Of a DNA stretch of 64,000 bases, positions 20,862 through 38,400 are shown in pieces. Source of the stretch: Vitrella brassicaformis CCMP3155 (taxonomy: Eukaryota; Protista; Chromerida); the NCBI GenBank assembly GCA_001179505.1, contig CDMY01000284.1, positions 1 to 64,000 on the forward strand, written 5' to 3'. Made by a program: the position numbers and the translations under genes. Within the stretch, counting starts at the first letter, position 1. Each line of letters starts with the position of its first letter. The notes below the pieces were generated by a model that was given only the letters and a program-made list of their open reading frames with translations, searched no databases and was not told where the DNA came from.

Positions 20862-23800
20862 CTAGAAAGGCCCCTGCACACACACACACATGCACACACA
20901 CATGCACCGGTAAGCAAGCTGGCAGTTAGGATGGCACCGTCCCTTTTCCTTGCCTTTCGCTCCAGAGGTTTTCTTGGCAGTCGACATACTCTGCAGCCCA
21001 TGCAGCGGCAGCGAATGTTCCCGAATTGCGTTTATTGTAGCCGTACGTACGTTGTTCGGGTATGAGTGTGCAGATGCTCGCGACACCCGTGGTCCCATCA
21101 TCCTTGCCGCTGCCCTGAGAAGAAAGAACACTTGGATATATATGCGCGCCGCGCCCATCTATTCTGTTGTGTGCATGTCATTGACCAGGTGTGCCTCTCT
21201 ATACTATACACACCTGGTGCAATATGATGCTGTAGTTGTCCCCTGTCGACCTGGACAATGTGCCGGGACTCAGTGCAAGGGCTGCCAAGTACGGACTCGG
21301 ACCTGGGTGGGTAAGACAGACAGCATGGGCAGTCACGTGAAGGGTCGATGACACGACACACACGTGTCTCTTGGCTATTGTGCTGTGCGTGAGCGTACTC
21401 TGCGACACGTGGAGGGGGCCTTGTAGGATGTGCATCGTGTGGTTGGTCTCCACTTGCACCTGACAGATGTCACTCACGTGAAGGGTCAATCAAAACCAAC
21501 CAGTACATTTGTGTGTCTGGCTGCGTGTCCCCTCCGTCCCCTGCTCAGCTCACACACCAGAACTTGCTTGATGCTATGGGAAGCGCTATCGTCGTACACA
21601 TAGACAAACCTGAGTGCAAACCAAATACCCACTGCACTCACTGCACTGGCCATTCCTCTCCCTGCCATACATACCATGTGCACTCACTGCACCTACCTGT
21701 TGGCGGCGACGAGTGCGAGTGCTCGGTCTTTGGCCCTGGCAGCACCGATGTTCAAATCGCTGCCACTCATCACCAGATCGTCCTCCGTCTGCACGCGTTC
21801 AACACCGATGGGAACACGACTGTATGGCTTCCTCGCCCTCTTGTGTGAGCTGACCAAATGCACAGCTCACTCACCTGGTAAAATAGTTTGGCTTTGGCCT
21901 CCTGAAGGATGGTCTCACTCGTGTCTGTACGGGATGGCGCTGCATGCTCTGCACTCAACACACACACACACACTGCAACGGATGGTGTGTGTGTCTTTAT
22001 CCCTCCCTCCCCCCTTCCCTCCCTCCCATGGACCCACCCCACCCACCCTTGTATGCGAGTACGAATGCGTCATCGGCCACTTTGAGGGTACGAAGGTGAC
22101 GGACGGCCTAATGTGATTGATGGAGGACCCCATTCCTTGTGGTTGGTGGTGTCATTTCGTGACGCCTGAACTGAATGACCTGAGAAGCAAATATCCACTC
22201 CCCGAGTTCCGTCAGGACACCTTGGGGACCAATTGACAGCAGGCGAGCCTTGCCGTATGGCTGCAGACACATACCATACACCACTTTCTGTGTCTCATGT
22301 TTGGTCATGTTTATGCGTGGCACTGTTCGCTCACAGTGACTGTTCGTCTGTCGATGTCGATCACTTTGTCTTCGAACAGCATCGCAACACGGGAACGCGG
22401 CAAGGGCACCAACGCCACGTGACCGCTCTGAACCAAGCCACGAAACCACCCATCTCTCTCTCTTCGTAGGCTAAGTGCGTATCTGTGCATCATGCATGTA
22501 CCTACCTGCATGGAGGCGAACTCCATCCGAGGCCCAAATTCCAGCCGTGACGACACGATGGTGCCCCCACCCTCGGCTTCACGCCTAGCTTGCCGTCTGT
22601 GGTCTGTCTGCAGCAGCGATGTGTGTGTGGCGACGTAGCCTCCGACCAGAAAGCCCTTGGCCTTCTCCTTCCGATGGCGAAACGCTATCACAAATCGACT
22701 GGCAGCATACATCCAGCACAGCAGCCCACATGTTTTCGTGGGATGGAATGATACCATATGTGTGACACATGCGCACCCGTTGGTGAGTGCAGCGATTTGC
22801 GGTTGGTGGGCCTCGTATTCAGGGCAGAAACTGGCAGGCGGGCCCCAACTGACATGGCCAGGGCGCACACGGCCTAACTGATGGCAGGACACACAGGACA
22901 CGCAAAGGCAACGATACGATGGCAGCAGGGAGCCAAGCCGCGGTGCACACCATGACTTTGCCGCGGTTCTTGTCTGTCTTGTCACGGTACACCAGCAGCA
23001 GCTTGTCAAGACCTGCCAAAGGACAGGACAGACAGAGGGGGAGGGAGGGGTCGAGGGAGGACTGTCTTGTCGTATCGTGCAGTCATCAGATGCCTCACCG
23101 CATTTGACCAGATGAAGGTCGGCGATGCTCGTGTTCTTCTCGTAGGGCAGCAAGGGCTCGGGGATGTACGCAGACGCTGCAGCCGCCACGGATCATCATC
23201 CGGCAAACGAAAGACATCATCAGGGAGTGGGTGTGTTCTTTTCGCTACGTGGGCTGCAGTGCATTCCGTCTCCGATGAATCCCGCGCTGCAGAGGCACTG
23301 TGACCCCTGCACCGTGTGCTGGCACCAGGCATTCGCACCACACACCTTGTCGCCACACGCTGTGAGCACAGCCACATGCGTACAAGCGACAGATGGTAAG
23401 GACCTCGGTACGATCCCCGTCACCTAGGATCGCTTACTTTGCGGTATTGGGTTGGTTTGTGTCGTATATGCCTGTTCGAGGGAGGACAGGACGTCCTCCA
23501 CAGACGAGGGGGCCCTCAGCCGCTTCAGGACGCCTCTCTGAGTGGAAAAAGCGCCCGCCACGTGCTCCTCGGGGTCGGCCGCCTTGACACACCAATGAAC
23601 ACAGGTGGGGATGTTGTTCTCTGTTTGTCTTTCTATCTGTCGGCTGGCTGACCTGCGTTTCGGTATTTGAAGGCCCTTGGCTGAGCAGGTGCTCCAGGTC
23701 ATCGAGATACGTCCGTGCGAGTGTCATCTGCAGCGCATGGAACAAGGATGGCAGCATTCCCTGTTTGTTTGTCCTCCTCGCTTACATTCAGTCGTTTGTT

Positions 23801-24172
23801 TGCGGTGGCGCCGCTCACCAACCCCGTCGGCACCAGCTGCAGCTGAGGACCATTGGCAGTTCTTGTCCATTGTGGGTGCGAGGGGCGGCGCTGCAGCTGC
23901 CGATCATACTCCCTCAGGCCTCTCCATGGTCCATGCCTCTCACCGAATGTGAGGGAGATGCGGCGACTTGCGGAAGACCCAGGCGCCATATGGATGTTGT
24001 AGCGCCTGTGGAGGTCGTCATCGGAGGATAGGATGCGCGTCAGCCTGGCTGCCGGGTATGTTGCCTTGGCCTGGCTGCTGCGCGATGTGGACTCATTTGC
24101 CAGATGTGGTTTGATATAGATCAGGAGCCCACACACCAGCGGAAAAACCTTCAACCTCATCACAGAGTCCAT
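20862..24172 (-). CDS. Multi-exon hypothetical protein, possible N-terminal signal peptide
   Basis: A chain of GT-AG-bounded open exons (MDSVMRLKVFPLVCGLLIYIKPHLA...; LDKLLLVYRDKTDKNRGK; ETILQEAKAKLFYQ; FVYVYDDSASHSIKQVL). No family recognised and boundaries are approximate. Confidence 0.4.
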
Positions 24173-24222
24173 CCATGTAAATGCAGTGTAAAGACTGCGT
24201 CTGGGTCCCCCCAGGAGCCCTT

Positions 24223-25461
24223 CTAGCCCTGTGACGGCGCTGCTGGCCTGGCGCCACCAGGGGCAGGCAGGCTCTTGGACAATATCTCGTATGTCATCTC
24301 CTGCACACAGGGAGGAGGCAGAGATGCGCAACCACATCACATCACGCACCAATACCACAACTGATGTGTCTGTCGTGCTTTGCACTGCAGTGCACCCATC
24401 CACACCTCTTCGTCGAACTCGTCTGGGTTCTCTTCGGGCGAGGTGTGGTCGACCACATACTTCAACTTGTCCTTGTAGAACGACAACGCACGCGCATTCG
24501 CTGACATACAGACACAGAGCACGACCGACGTGGGAGAGAGGGAGATGGCGTATACAATGCGGCTGGCATCCATCCATCCATCCATGTTTTCATTCATCTC
24601 TGCGTACCTTTGAAGCATGTGCACATCATTTTGGCCATCTGCAACTTGCGCGAGACCAACTCCAGCAGCTGCATGAGGAACCGACCCAATCCTGCACACA
24701 CGGGGTAGACAGCGGGAGCATAACAGGTGCGTGCACATGTGTGTTTCTGCCTGTGGCTGACCTTTGCTCCTGGTCTTGTTATCCACCTGCAACTCCCAGA
24801 TGTAACACACCTCCTCCTACACACAAGAGAGCGAATATGCTGTCGGCCCTCCCCTCTGTCCTCTCCCGCTGCCTACCTCCAATTCGATTTCGAATCGATA
24901 GTGCACGAAGGCTACGATATCCGAGCCATCGCCATCCTTGGACACGGTGCCGTTCGTCGCTGGCCCAGCGTCTGACCCATCCGCGGTTGATGGGGCAGCC
25001 TCCTGGCTCGGGACGCTGCGGGCCAGAATGAAACGCGCTGAGCAATAACACAGACGATACAGACGCAGACAGAGGAGAGGGTCGACGCACCTCCCTGTTT
25101 TCCGTTCTTGTCTGCGCGTACCGTCATCCTCCGAGAGTTCTTTCCACTTGGCCCTGTCGTCCCATCCTTTCCCCCCCGGCTGCGCCTCATCGTAGAAGGT
25201 CTCCATGTTGGCCTTGGTCAGGTCGAAGCACCGCTGAATCTCCCCACGGCTCATCACAGAGGCGCGGCGGTCCTCGATTGTGACCTCCACGCCGCCTCTG
25301 TTGTACTGCCGGAAGGCTGGTGCCAGGGTGAGGGCATCTTCCAATGCGTTCGCCGAGTCAATCTTGGCCTTCTGCTGCTTGTGGAGGGCCAGCTGTGCCT
25401 CCTGGATCTCCTTCTTCTTGGCCTTGGCCTCGCGCTTCTTGTCCTTGGCTTTCCCGTTCAT
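24223..25461 (-). CDS. NAA40: N-alpha-acetyltransferase 40 (NatD, GNAT family)
   Basis: Lys-rich N-terminus, FDLTKANMETFY...GWDDRAKWKEL, VAFVHYRFEIE, YIWELQV...RSKGLGRFLMQLLEL, ALSFYKDKLKYVVDHTSP and YEILSK, all characteristic of NAA40. Confidence 0.9.
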
Positions 25462-25884
25462 ACTCTCACACTGCCACACGCTCCTGCTGTGATCTATCAG
25501 CGGCAATGAATGAACACCCGCTCTTCTTCAGGGCGGTTTCACGGAAGTCTCACACTAGGTCAAAATTACGATACATCGACGTTGCGGCACTTCCTTCCAG
25601 TGTGTAGGTAGGGAAACCGACGTCGTTTCCTGCTTCTCACAATTGCAAGTGATGGCCTACGGTAGAGAAAAGGCGGTTTCATTCATGGTCTGCTGCATAA
25701 GTGCGTCGTCATGGGCCGATAATCTTGAGGCATTGCAAACAGCGTGGTTCATGATGTGGGACAGGGTGCAGTGAGCATGAGTATATCACATACATGCAAG
25801 ATACCAACGCACTTCGTTCGTCACATCAGTCGGATCTCTCCCCAACGTTCTCCCCACCCTCTTTCCCACTCACTCATCCGTCAG

Positions 25885-28739
<2,855 letters not shown>

Positions 28740-29477
28740 TTGTAGTCCTGTGTGGCCGGATGCCCTCCCGCGCCAGCTGATGCACCTTCCCGTGACCATT
28801 CTTTTTTGCTCCCGCGCCGATGGGTTGGAATGGAACTGAAGCCCTCCTCTTTCTCTCGGGCTCCTGCACCAATCAGCACACATGCAGCAATCAAATCATG
28901 CAAGGGATGAAATGAAAAAGCACCAGGGCTGTCTTCTGCCTACTCGAGGCGCAGGCTTGTCCGCAGTTGAAGAAGGAAAGCGATAGGTCAGATCCACAGG
29001 CTGCATCGCCGTGCTCCTCCGACGCTCTGGCGGGGCCGCAACTTGAAGTCTGCACATCCATTGACTCTCTTGACTCATCCAGCCTTTTGGTGCTTCATCA
29101 GAGTTACCGTGTCGAGTGCGAAGGCCGCATGAGATGGTCGCCGGAGAAGTTGTCCATCGCTGCTGAAGCGTGAGCGAAGAAATGATCCATGGAGCTGAGG
29201 CGCGAGAATGGCGCCATGAATGGACTGCTGAAGAAGCCGTCCATTCTCGCAAAGCAGGAGCGGTTTCAGGGAGGTGCGAGCTAAGATCATGGGAGACGGC
29301 GATCCCCCCCTCCTCTCCTTTACCGGTCTGTCTGGCAGCGAACAGGTTTGCATGAAGGCTTCAGAACGTCTGCAGTGAGCGCCGCGAGAAGCACAAACTT
29401 TTCTTGAGCCCTGGGGGGTTTGTGGGGGGCCTGGCTTCAAGCGCGCAGTCTTTCCTTTCGGCAGTGTGTTCGCAGAA

Positions 29478-32400
29478 ATGGCGTTGCAGCCTCGTCACCG
29501 CTGGATGATATCCCAGATTGCGGCATCCTTCGAGCTCGAGAAGGATGAGGGCACGATAGAGGATGTCTTCAAGGAGACCAGCAACATCAAGAAGATCAAC
29601 CGATTCCTGGACGGCTCCTCAGAGGAGCAGCATCTCTACTTCTTCTTCCAAAAGAATGAGACACTCGATGCCGCCGGCGAGTTCATCGAAAAGGGCGACA
29701 GAAAAATCATCGTATCAGGTGCACACAAACGCACAGGCGCCCCACACCACTGACACCGCAGGCATTGTTTCGCAGTGTATGGGTAGATCTTCCACATATC
29801 CCTTTGTTTGTGTCTTGTCTGGTTGTTTGTGCAGAGGGGAATGACGTTCGTTTGAAGAGTCGCAGCATTTTCTTCCTCCGCAATGTGGCAGAGGGAAAGA
29901 GCGTCAACCTCAACACGGCATCTGACAACGATGTATGACATACGCTGCCTGATAAATGCACGTACGCATCCAGCAAAGGCTGCTGTTGTCTTGTCAGATT
30001 CTCTTTTGTGAGGTGGCTGCCAATCCCCTGGACAGCCTGGATGTGTCTCTCACCAGCATCTTCAATTCGCTCATCACCAACAATCTGTCCCCCCAGGGCG
30101 CAGCGGATGCCGCGCAGGTGCCGGAGGGGGGTTCTCCTGAGGACACCAAGAAGGCAGCCATGCAACGGGCCGTCGCCGAGTGGGGATCCTGCCCTGAGGA
30201 ACAGAGATCCGAGTTCCTTGTCGGATTCGATAAGTTCTGTGGCGATTTATCTGAGGCCTTGAAGTCGCTCTCTGGAGGAATAGAACTGAGAAAACTCGAC
30301 GCACAGTACGCTTAAGAGACGGCTTGATGCAAAAAGAGGCGAGCAAGCTGCATGCATGGATGTGCGACGCTGCCATGGATGTAGGTATGATTTGGCGTCC
30401 ATCACGGCCAACCCAGCTAGTTTTGCTCAGGACTCCCATTTGGTGTCCCACTTTGAGAGTTTGCTCGAGGATTGGTGCAGACAGATCGAGAAGTATCTCG
30501 AAGAGTCGCTGGACAACAGGAGAGAGCCACCTGACGCAGGCCCCAGGACCGAGGTGAGAGCAAAGAAACATGCAGATCTTGTCAGATACTCGCATTTATA
30601 ATCCTCTTTCCCTCGTGTGAACATTATAGCTTGAGTATTGGCGTCACAGAATGCAGCGGCTGACCTCCATTATTGAGCAGCTGAGGAGCCGCGACTGCAA
30701 GGCTGTATTTGCCGTGCTGCATGCTGTCACTAAGGTGAGAGAGCCCCGGCAGACATACCAGAGAGAGAGAGCTCACCTCTGTATGTATTCAGGTGACCCA
30801 TGAGGCGTCGCCCAAGGCGCGCCAGACGGTGTTCAACACGCTGAGAAGATGGAAACAGATCGATGTGTCCATCACGGAGGCCTTCAACGAGGCCAAAGAC
30901 AATGTGAAGTATCTAACGACGCTCGAGAAGTTCATCGAGCCTCTCTACGTTGGCACTCCGACGACTATCGTAGACACTTTGACGGCGTTGATGAACTCTG
31001 TCAAAATGATCCACACGATCGCCCGCTACTACAACACGACGGAGCGGATGACCAACTTGTTCATGAAGATCACCAACCAGATGATCACCAACTGCAAGCA
31101 CTGCATTCTCGAGGGCGAGCACCACGACAAGCTGTGGGAGAAGGACCCACAGAAGCTGCTTCAGACACTCGAGTCATGCCTCAGGCTCAACGAGGCATAC
31201 CAGGAACAATACAGGTGAGGTATTGGTGTGGGTGTGTACATGTCTCTGGGCTGCCTGCGTTTCTTACCATCAGGGTGACAAAGGACAAGCTGCTGACCCT
31301 GCCCAAGGGCAAGCAGTTCGATTTCTCCGAGACACAGATCTTCGCTCGCTTTGATCTCTTCTGCAGGAGAGTCGTCAAGCTGATCGACATGGTTCCTATG
31401 ATGGCAAAGGGGTCGGCGTGCAACACCTGTTATCGCTTTTTCTTGTCTTTGTCTATGCCTTCAGTTTTCAACGATCCAGCAGTTTCAGAATCTGTCTCAG
31501 CATCGGTTTGAGGGCATGGAGCACCTGATAGATAACTTCCGGACCATCATGGAGGAGTTCAGGGCCAAGAGACACGACCTGCTCGACTTTCACAACAACA
31601 GATTCGACAGAGACTATGTCGAATTCAACGTCCGCATCTCAGACCTGGAGGCGGCACTCCAGCAGTTCATCAACCAGGTCAGCAAAACAGTCGCAGAATA
31701 CGGGTTTGTGTGCGTATCTGGTCTCTGTCTTGTTTGCAGTCGTTTGAGTCGATAACCTCAATCGAGTCCTCGCTGAATCTGCTCAAGAAGTTCCAGTCGA
31801 TCTTGCAGCGCGACAGTCTCCGGGCTGACCTGGAGAGCAAGTTCACTGTCATCTTCCACAACTACGGCCTGGAGCTGACGCAGGTCCAGGACCAGTACGA
31901 GCGTTTCAAGGCCAACCCGCCACTCGTGAGGAACCTGCCGCCCATCGCGGGCAACATCACGTGGGCCAGGCATCTGCTCAAGCGCATCGAGGTAAACAAG
32001 ACGCCTGCGCCAAGCGGGGGTGGTTGAGAGAAACGCTTGATGACATGCTGCATTGGCTTGATCTGCAGGAGCCCATGAAGATGTTTCAGCAGCATCCGCA
32101 TGTCCTCACCACAAAGGATGCAAAGAAGATCATCAGAATGTATAACAAGGTAAGAAGCAAGAGGCCAGCCACGCCAGCATGCGACGATTGACTGTTCTGT
32201 GTGTGCATCAGATGGCCAAGACGTTGGTTGAGTTTGAGATCAGGTGGTATCAAGCATGGGTCGACTCCATCGAGGTGTGTCCCAAGCAGACGCTCCCTCG
32301 CGTCTGCATGTCTCTGTTTCTCTCTGTCAGGCATGCAAGGCTGGTCTGCAGGCGACACTGATTGTGCGTCACCCTGACGACAACAAACTGTACGTCAACT

Positions 32401-35400
32401 TCGACTGGGAGATCCTCCAGCTCATCCGCGAGACCAAGTGCCTTGATAGGATGGCCACTGAGATCCCTGAGACAGCCAAGATCGTCTTGCTGCAGGAGCC
32501 CAAGTTCAAGAGCTACTACGCCGAGCTGACATACGCCTTGAAGGAGTACCGCCGCGTCACCTCTCTCATCCGCCCCATCGCCAGCCATCTGCTGCAGCCG
32601 CACCTCGACAATCTCGAGCTGGCTCTGCGGCCGGGCATGGTCACACTGACGTGGACATCGATGAACATCGACGTCTACCTGCAGTCGGTCTATGCGGCAC
32701 TCAGCCAGCTGGAGCAACTTGTCCTGACGGTCAACGACATCATGGACAACCGAATCGACAACAACCTCAAGGCGGTGTCCAAGGTGCGACTCGTCGACCT
32801 GCCTGACGACGGCGGGGCCATCTCCCTCGACTACTTTGTCGACCTGCAGGAGAAGTACGTCAAGGGTAAGCAAGGCCGGGCAGTCGGCACCCATATATGC
32901 CTCTGTTGCCTGTGCCCCTTGCAGAGATCACGTCGTTCCTGACATCCAAGTCCCTGGAAATCGAAACAGCTGTCGATGACCTACTGACCGTCATCGTCAG
33001 CTACCCCCTCGACTCCCATATCAAGGTATGCAAAGCAGGAAGCAGAGCAGCTATGAACTGATGTCGCATGTGCTGTATGTGTTGGCAGGGTGTCTTTGAG
33101 CCCAATATTGTGAAGCTCAAGGGCCACTACAATTGGAGCATGTACCAGGTAGACATAGGTGGATGCAAACAAAGAGCTTCAGATATGTATGTATGTGTCT
33201 TGCAGTCTCTTCTGAACGCCACGAAGCAGTCTCTATTCGCTCTGAAGGGGCGTCTGCATGTGCGGCCGCAGCCTACACGTGAGATAAATGTCCGTGTCCT
33301 CGTGTGGTTCACATTCGTATCTACGGTTTCCATCAGTCAACAATGCAGCCGCGATCTTGATGGGTGCCCTTCACGTGCCGCCTCCCTTCTTCGAGGTCGA
33401 GTTGCAGCTCGATGGCACATCCGTCAAGCTGTACCCATTGATCGATGAGATTCAAAACACCATCAACAAGGCGGCACTCGCCGTGCTGAAGTGCTCCAAG
33501 GTACACAAGTCACGCGATCCCCCCAGCACGTGAACAGGCATTTTACGTTGCGTGTCCCATCCATCCCTAAACCAGAATGTGAAGGCATGGGACACGCAGA
33601 CGATTCCCAAGGTCGTGCAGCAGATCCTGCGGCCCAACGAGAAGCAGGCACTCGCCCCTGCACGCAAGAGCCAGGGCACCTTCTACGACCGCATCGCACA
33701 AGACAGGGAGATCCTCAAGGTCCTGCTGCTCCTCACGGGCTCCATCCAGAGCACCCGCAACGAGGTCGCACGGTACCTGGAGAGATTCGAGGAGTATGCG
33801 TGGCTGTGGCGGGACTCGATCGACGAGACGTACAAGACCTTTGAGAAGACGGATCCTTCCCTGGACGACTTTGAGAGGCAACTCAAGAAGTTTGTCTTTG
33901 TTGAGGAGAAGCTGAGTGAGATGGACCAGAAACACACCATCGGGGCCCTTCTTCTCGACACGTCAAGCCTCATCAAATCGGTGAGACACGTCTATTCGAA
34001 GCCGCTTTCTTCTTCATGTGTATACCGGTGTGGTGATCATCAGTTCAAGGACCTTGCGGCCAACTGGAAGATTGCCTACTCGAAGGAGCTGCATCACCAG
34101 GCCAGAGAGAAGCTCGAGACTCTCACGGAGCACATCAAGAAGACACAGAAGCGGCTTGCTCGTGAGGCCGTCGACATCGATGCGCTGAGACACGTCATGG
34201 ACACACTCAAGGCCATCAGAAAGAAGGAATCCGGTAAGCGACCAAACACTCAGCCGATCGACTGCGTGAAAGTTTGATGCCGTATCGCAGAGATTGAGCT
34301 TCAGTTTGGCCCGATCATGGACATGTACAACATTCTGGACACCTATCTGCCGCCGAACGTCAACATCATGGACAAGGACGAGCAGGACCACAGATCCATG
34401 CTCCGATCGTCGTGGCAGAAGCTCATCGAAGAGGCATGCCAACACTGACAGATAAGCCTTCCCTGTTGAGTGTGTTGTGTTTGGTTCCAGGCCGAGAAGC
34501 GACAGGACATCTTGAATGAGGCGCAGGCGGACTACAAGAAGGAGCTCATCACAAGCGTCAACACATTCAAGAAAGACGTCAAGCAGCTGCGCGAGGACTA
34601 CGAGAAGAATGGCCCGATGGTCGTGGGCATCAAGCCCAGAGAGGCCGTGGAGCGCCTCAAGCGGTTCAAGGAGGAGTATGAGGTGCGAGCGAGGAAGCAG
34701 GAGATCTACTTCGCCGGCGAGGAGGTGTTCGGGCTGCCCCACCAAGCCTATCCCGAGCTGGAGAAGACCAAGAAGGAGCTGACGTACCTGACCCAGCTGT
34801 ACGACTTGTACGTGCAGGTCATCGACACCATAAAGGAGTGGAAGGAGATCCTCTGGACGGAGGTGCCCGACCAGATACAGGAGATGGGCGACAAGATCGG
34901 GGTCTTCGGCAACCAGTGCAAGAAGCTGCCCAAACAGCTCAAGGAGTGGGAGGCCTACAATGAGCTCAAGAAGGAAATCGATGACTTCACAGAAGTCCTT
35001 CCTCTGCTGCAAGACCTGAGCAAGAAGTCTATTATGCCGCGGCACTGGAAGCAGGTTGAGGAGCTGACGGGCAAGGAGCTCAAGGTGGAGTCGGAGATGT
35101 TCAAACTGCAGTCACTCATCGACGCCAACCTGCTGCAATACAGAGTGTGCATTCATGCACTCGAGTGCGGCAATATGCCTTGTCCCTTGTTTTGCGTCTT
35201 CTGCAGGATGAGGTTCAGGACATCACCGACGGCGCCGACAAGCAGCTGGCCATCGAGGAGAAGCTGCGAGAGCTCGAGAGGATGTGGAAGGAGCAGGCCT
35301 TTGACTTCAACACATGGAAATCGCGGTATGCACAAAAGGGGATCCATGGCGCAGTGTGTCATTCTCGTGGGCGTTTATCTCGGTGACAGAGATGTTCCCT

Positions 35401-38400
35401 GTGTGCTCGCTGGTGGTCGAGTGGGTGAGATTCAGGAGGCCCTCGAGGAGTCACAGATGACGCTCAACACCATGAATGCCATGAGACACGTGGCCCCATT
35501 CAAGGAGGAGGTCGTCGGCCTCCTCACCACCCTGTCTGATGTCTCTGGTCAGCAGAGCAGGAGACTGGGTCACCGATGATGTGACAATGTTGATTTGCAG
35601 ACACTATCGAGCGTTGGGTGAAGGTGCAGATGCTCTGGACGTCACTTGAGTCGGTTTTCACCGGTGGCGATATTGCCAAGCAGATGCCCACGGAAGCCAA
35701 AAAGTTTCAGCAGATCGACAAGGACTGGGTGAAAACATGCGACTCACAGAAAGTGCATCACACTTGGCTGACGGCACTCTGTCCTGCTTGTGTCTTTGCA
35801 GCTGAAAATCATGGCCAAGGCAGCCGAGACACGCAATGTGGTCGAGTGCTGCCAGAACGATCTGCTCAAACAGCTGCTGCCCGTCCTCCAGCAAGGCTTG
35901 GAGAGCTGCCAAAAGTCACTCGACTCGTATTTGGAGGGCAAGCGGAACAAGTTCCCGCGGTTCTACTTCGTGTCGGATCCCGTGCTGCTCAAGATCCTCT
36001 CTCAGGGGTCGGACCCGGACTCGGTGCAGGATGACTTCGAGAAACTGTTCGACGCCATCTCGCGTGTCACCTTTGACAAGGCCGACCGCAAGAAGATTGT
36101 TAAGATCAAGTCTGTTGGCGGGAAGGCAGATGAGGTTGTTGACCTCTCGACGCCTGTCAAGGCTGAAGGCAATATCGAGGACTGGCTGACAGCGCTCGAG
36201 GCAGAGATGCAGAGGTAGGAGGCATGTGGGTCATGGCATGCGGACGGCCTCGACCTTACGAAGTATGTGGTTCTGCGTGGCTCCAGGTCGGTGCGCCGTG
36301 AGTGCAAGTATGCATGCCATGACACTGGTTTGGTCTACAACGGCATGACCCTCCTTGACTTCTCAAACCGATACATCGCCCAGGCACGTCAAGAGTATTG
36401 AAGACATAAGGAGGCGGCAACTTTCCTTCTTTTATGTCATTCTTGCAGGTGGCCCTGCTCGGCATTCAAGTGATCTGGACAGTCGACTTCCAGGAGGCCC
36501 TCGAGAAGATGTCTCGCGAGAAGGACAAGGTCATCATGGGGACCACCAACAAGAAGTTCACCCAGATGATGACTGACCTTGTGGGCATCTGCCTCACCGA
36601 CCTCGGGTCCAAGATGAACCGCGTCAAGTTCGAGACACTCGTCACCATCCATGTGCACCAGAGGGACCTCTACACAGAGATCTGGAGGAAGGTCAAGGAG
36701 CATCGCGTCAAGGTGACACACACACGCATGAACACCTCCCCCTGCTGCGTTGTTGAAGACTGACCGCCACTGTCTCATGCTACGTCTCTCCAGGACCACA
36801 ACGATTTCGAGTGGCTCAAGCAGACGCGCTGCTACTGGAAGACAGACACAGAGCACGCCCTCATCCAGATTGCTGACGTCGAGTTCACCTACCAGTATGA
36901 GTACCTCGGCGTCAAGGACCGGCTGGCCATCACCCCGCTGACGGATCGCTGCTACCTCACCAACTCGCAGGCCCTGGGCATGTACTACGGCGGCGCGCCT
37001 GCCGGGCCCGCGGGGACGGGCAAGACGGAGACGGTCAAGGATATGGGCCGCACGCTGGGTGTGTTCGTGGTGGTAACCAACTGCTCGGACCAGCATCGGT
37101 TCAGGGACATGGCCAAGATCTTCAAGGGGTTGTGTCAGAGTGGGCTGTGGGGCTGCTTCGATGAGTTCAACCGCATCGATCTCGAGGTCTTGTCTGTCGT
37201 CGCCATGCAGGTCGGTAAAGAGCACAGCCACGAAAGGCAGGCTGCATGTGCGACTCCCTGCTGTATTTCCCGACAGGTTGAGTCCATCACGGCGGCCAAG
37301 AAGGCAGGAACCAAGACATTCATGTTCCCAGGCAAGGACAGGGAGAAGCGCTGTCAGTGGATGGGGAGCCCGTCGATCCATCGCTTGTGATCGGTGTATT
37401 CAGGCGAGGTGGCGCCGATCCGGCTGAACACTGCCGTGGCGTACTTCATCACGATGAACCCCGGCTACGCCGGCCGACAGGAGCTGCCAGAGAACCTCAA
37501 GGTTCTGTTCCGCAGCGTGTCTATGATGGTTCCCGACCGACAGATCATCATGAAGGTCAAGCTGGCCTCCGTCGGCTACGCTGAGATGGACTATCTCGCC
37601 AAGAAGTTCAACATCCTGTACCGCCTGTGTGAGGAGCAGCTGTCCAAGCAGCGACACTACGACTTCGGCCTCCGCAATATCCTGTCGGTGCTGCGGACGG
37701 CCGGAACTGTCAAGCGAAGCGAGCCGCCAGATGCTGACGAAGAGATGCTCTTCATGCGGTGAGGAGGAAAGAGAAGAATGAAAGCGGCAACGATACACCT
37801 CCTGGCTTATACTGATATCAGAACTGTCCGTGACATGAACCTGAGTAAGCTGGTGGCGGATGACGTGCCGCTGTTCCTGTCTCTGCTGAAGGACATCTTC
37901 CCCAAGGTGACCGACCCGCCCAAGAAGGTGTATAAGGACGTGGAGGACACCGTCAAGGCGCAGATCAAGAAGAATCGGATCGTCAATCATGACGACTGGT
38001 TCCTCAAGATCATTCAGCTATATGAGGTCCGTTGGCTAGCCAGCCAGCCAGCCAGCCAGACATCCGCTTGTCAAACCAACAACTGTCGCTCCTGTGTGCC
38101 TCCCTTCTGTCTCCCCTGTCACGCAGACGTCTCTGGTGCGTCACGGCTTCATGTTGGTGGGCCCGTCGCTCTCTGGGAAGACAGAGATCATGAGCACGCT
38201 GACCAACGGGCTGACGGACATCGGGCAGTCAACGCGGTGCGTCGTCATGAACCCCAAAGCAATCACAGCGCAGCAGATGTACGGCGTCAAGGACCCGATC
38301 TCGGAGGAGTGGACCCCCGGCGTCTTCGCATCCATCTGGGCAAAGTACAACAACCGATCACTCAAATTCACCACCTGGATCGTCTGCGACGGCCCCGTGG

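Noticed and set aside
21240-21850. Cys-rich + strand ORFs suggesting a CxC/KDZ-type transposase
   Set aside because: The minus strand has clean GT-AG-bounded exons here; the Cys richness is explained by TG/CA-rich intronic sequence, and no DDE core is present.
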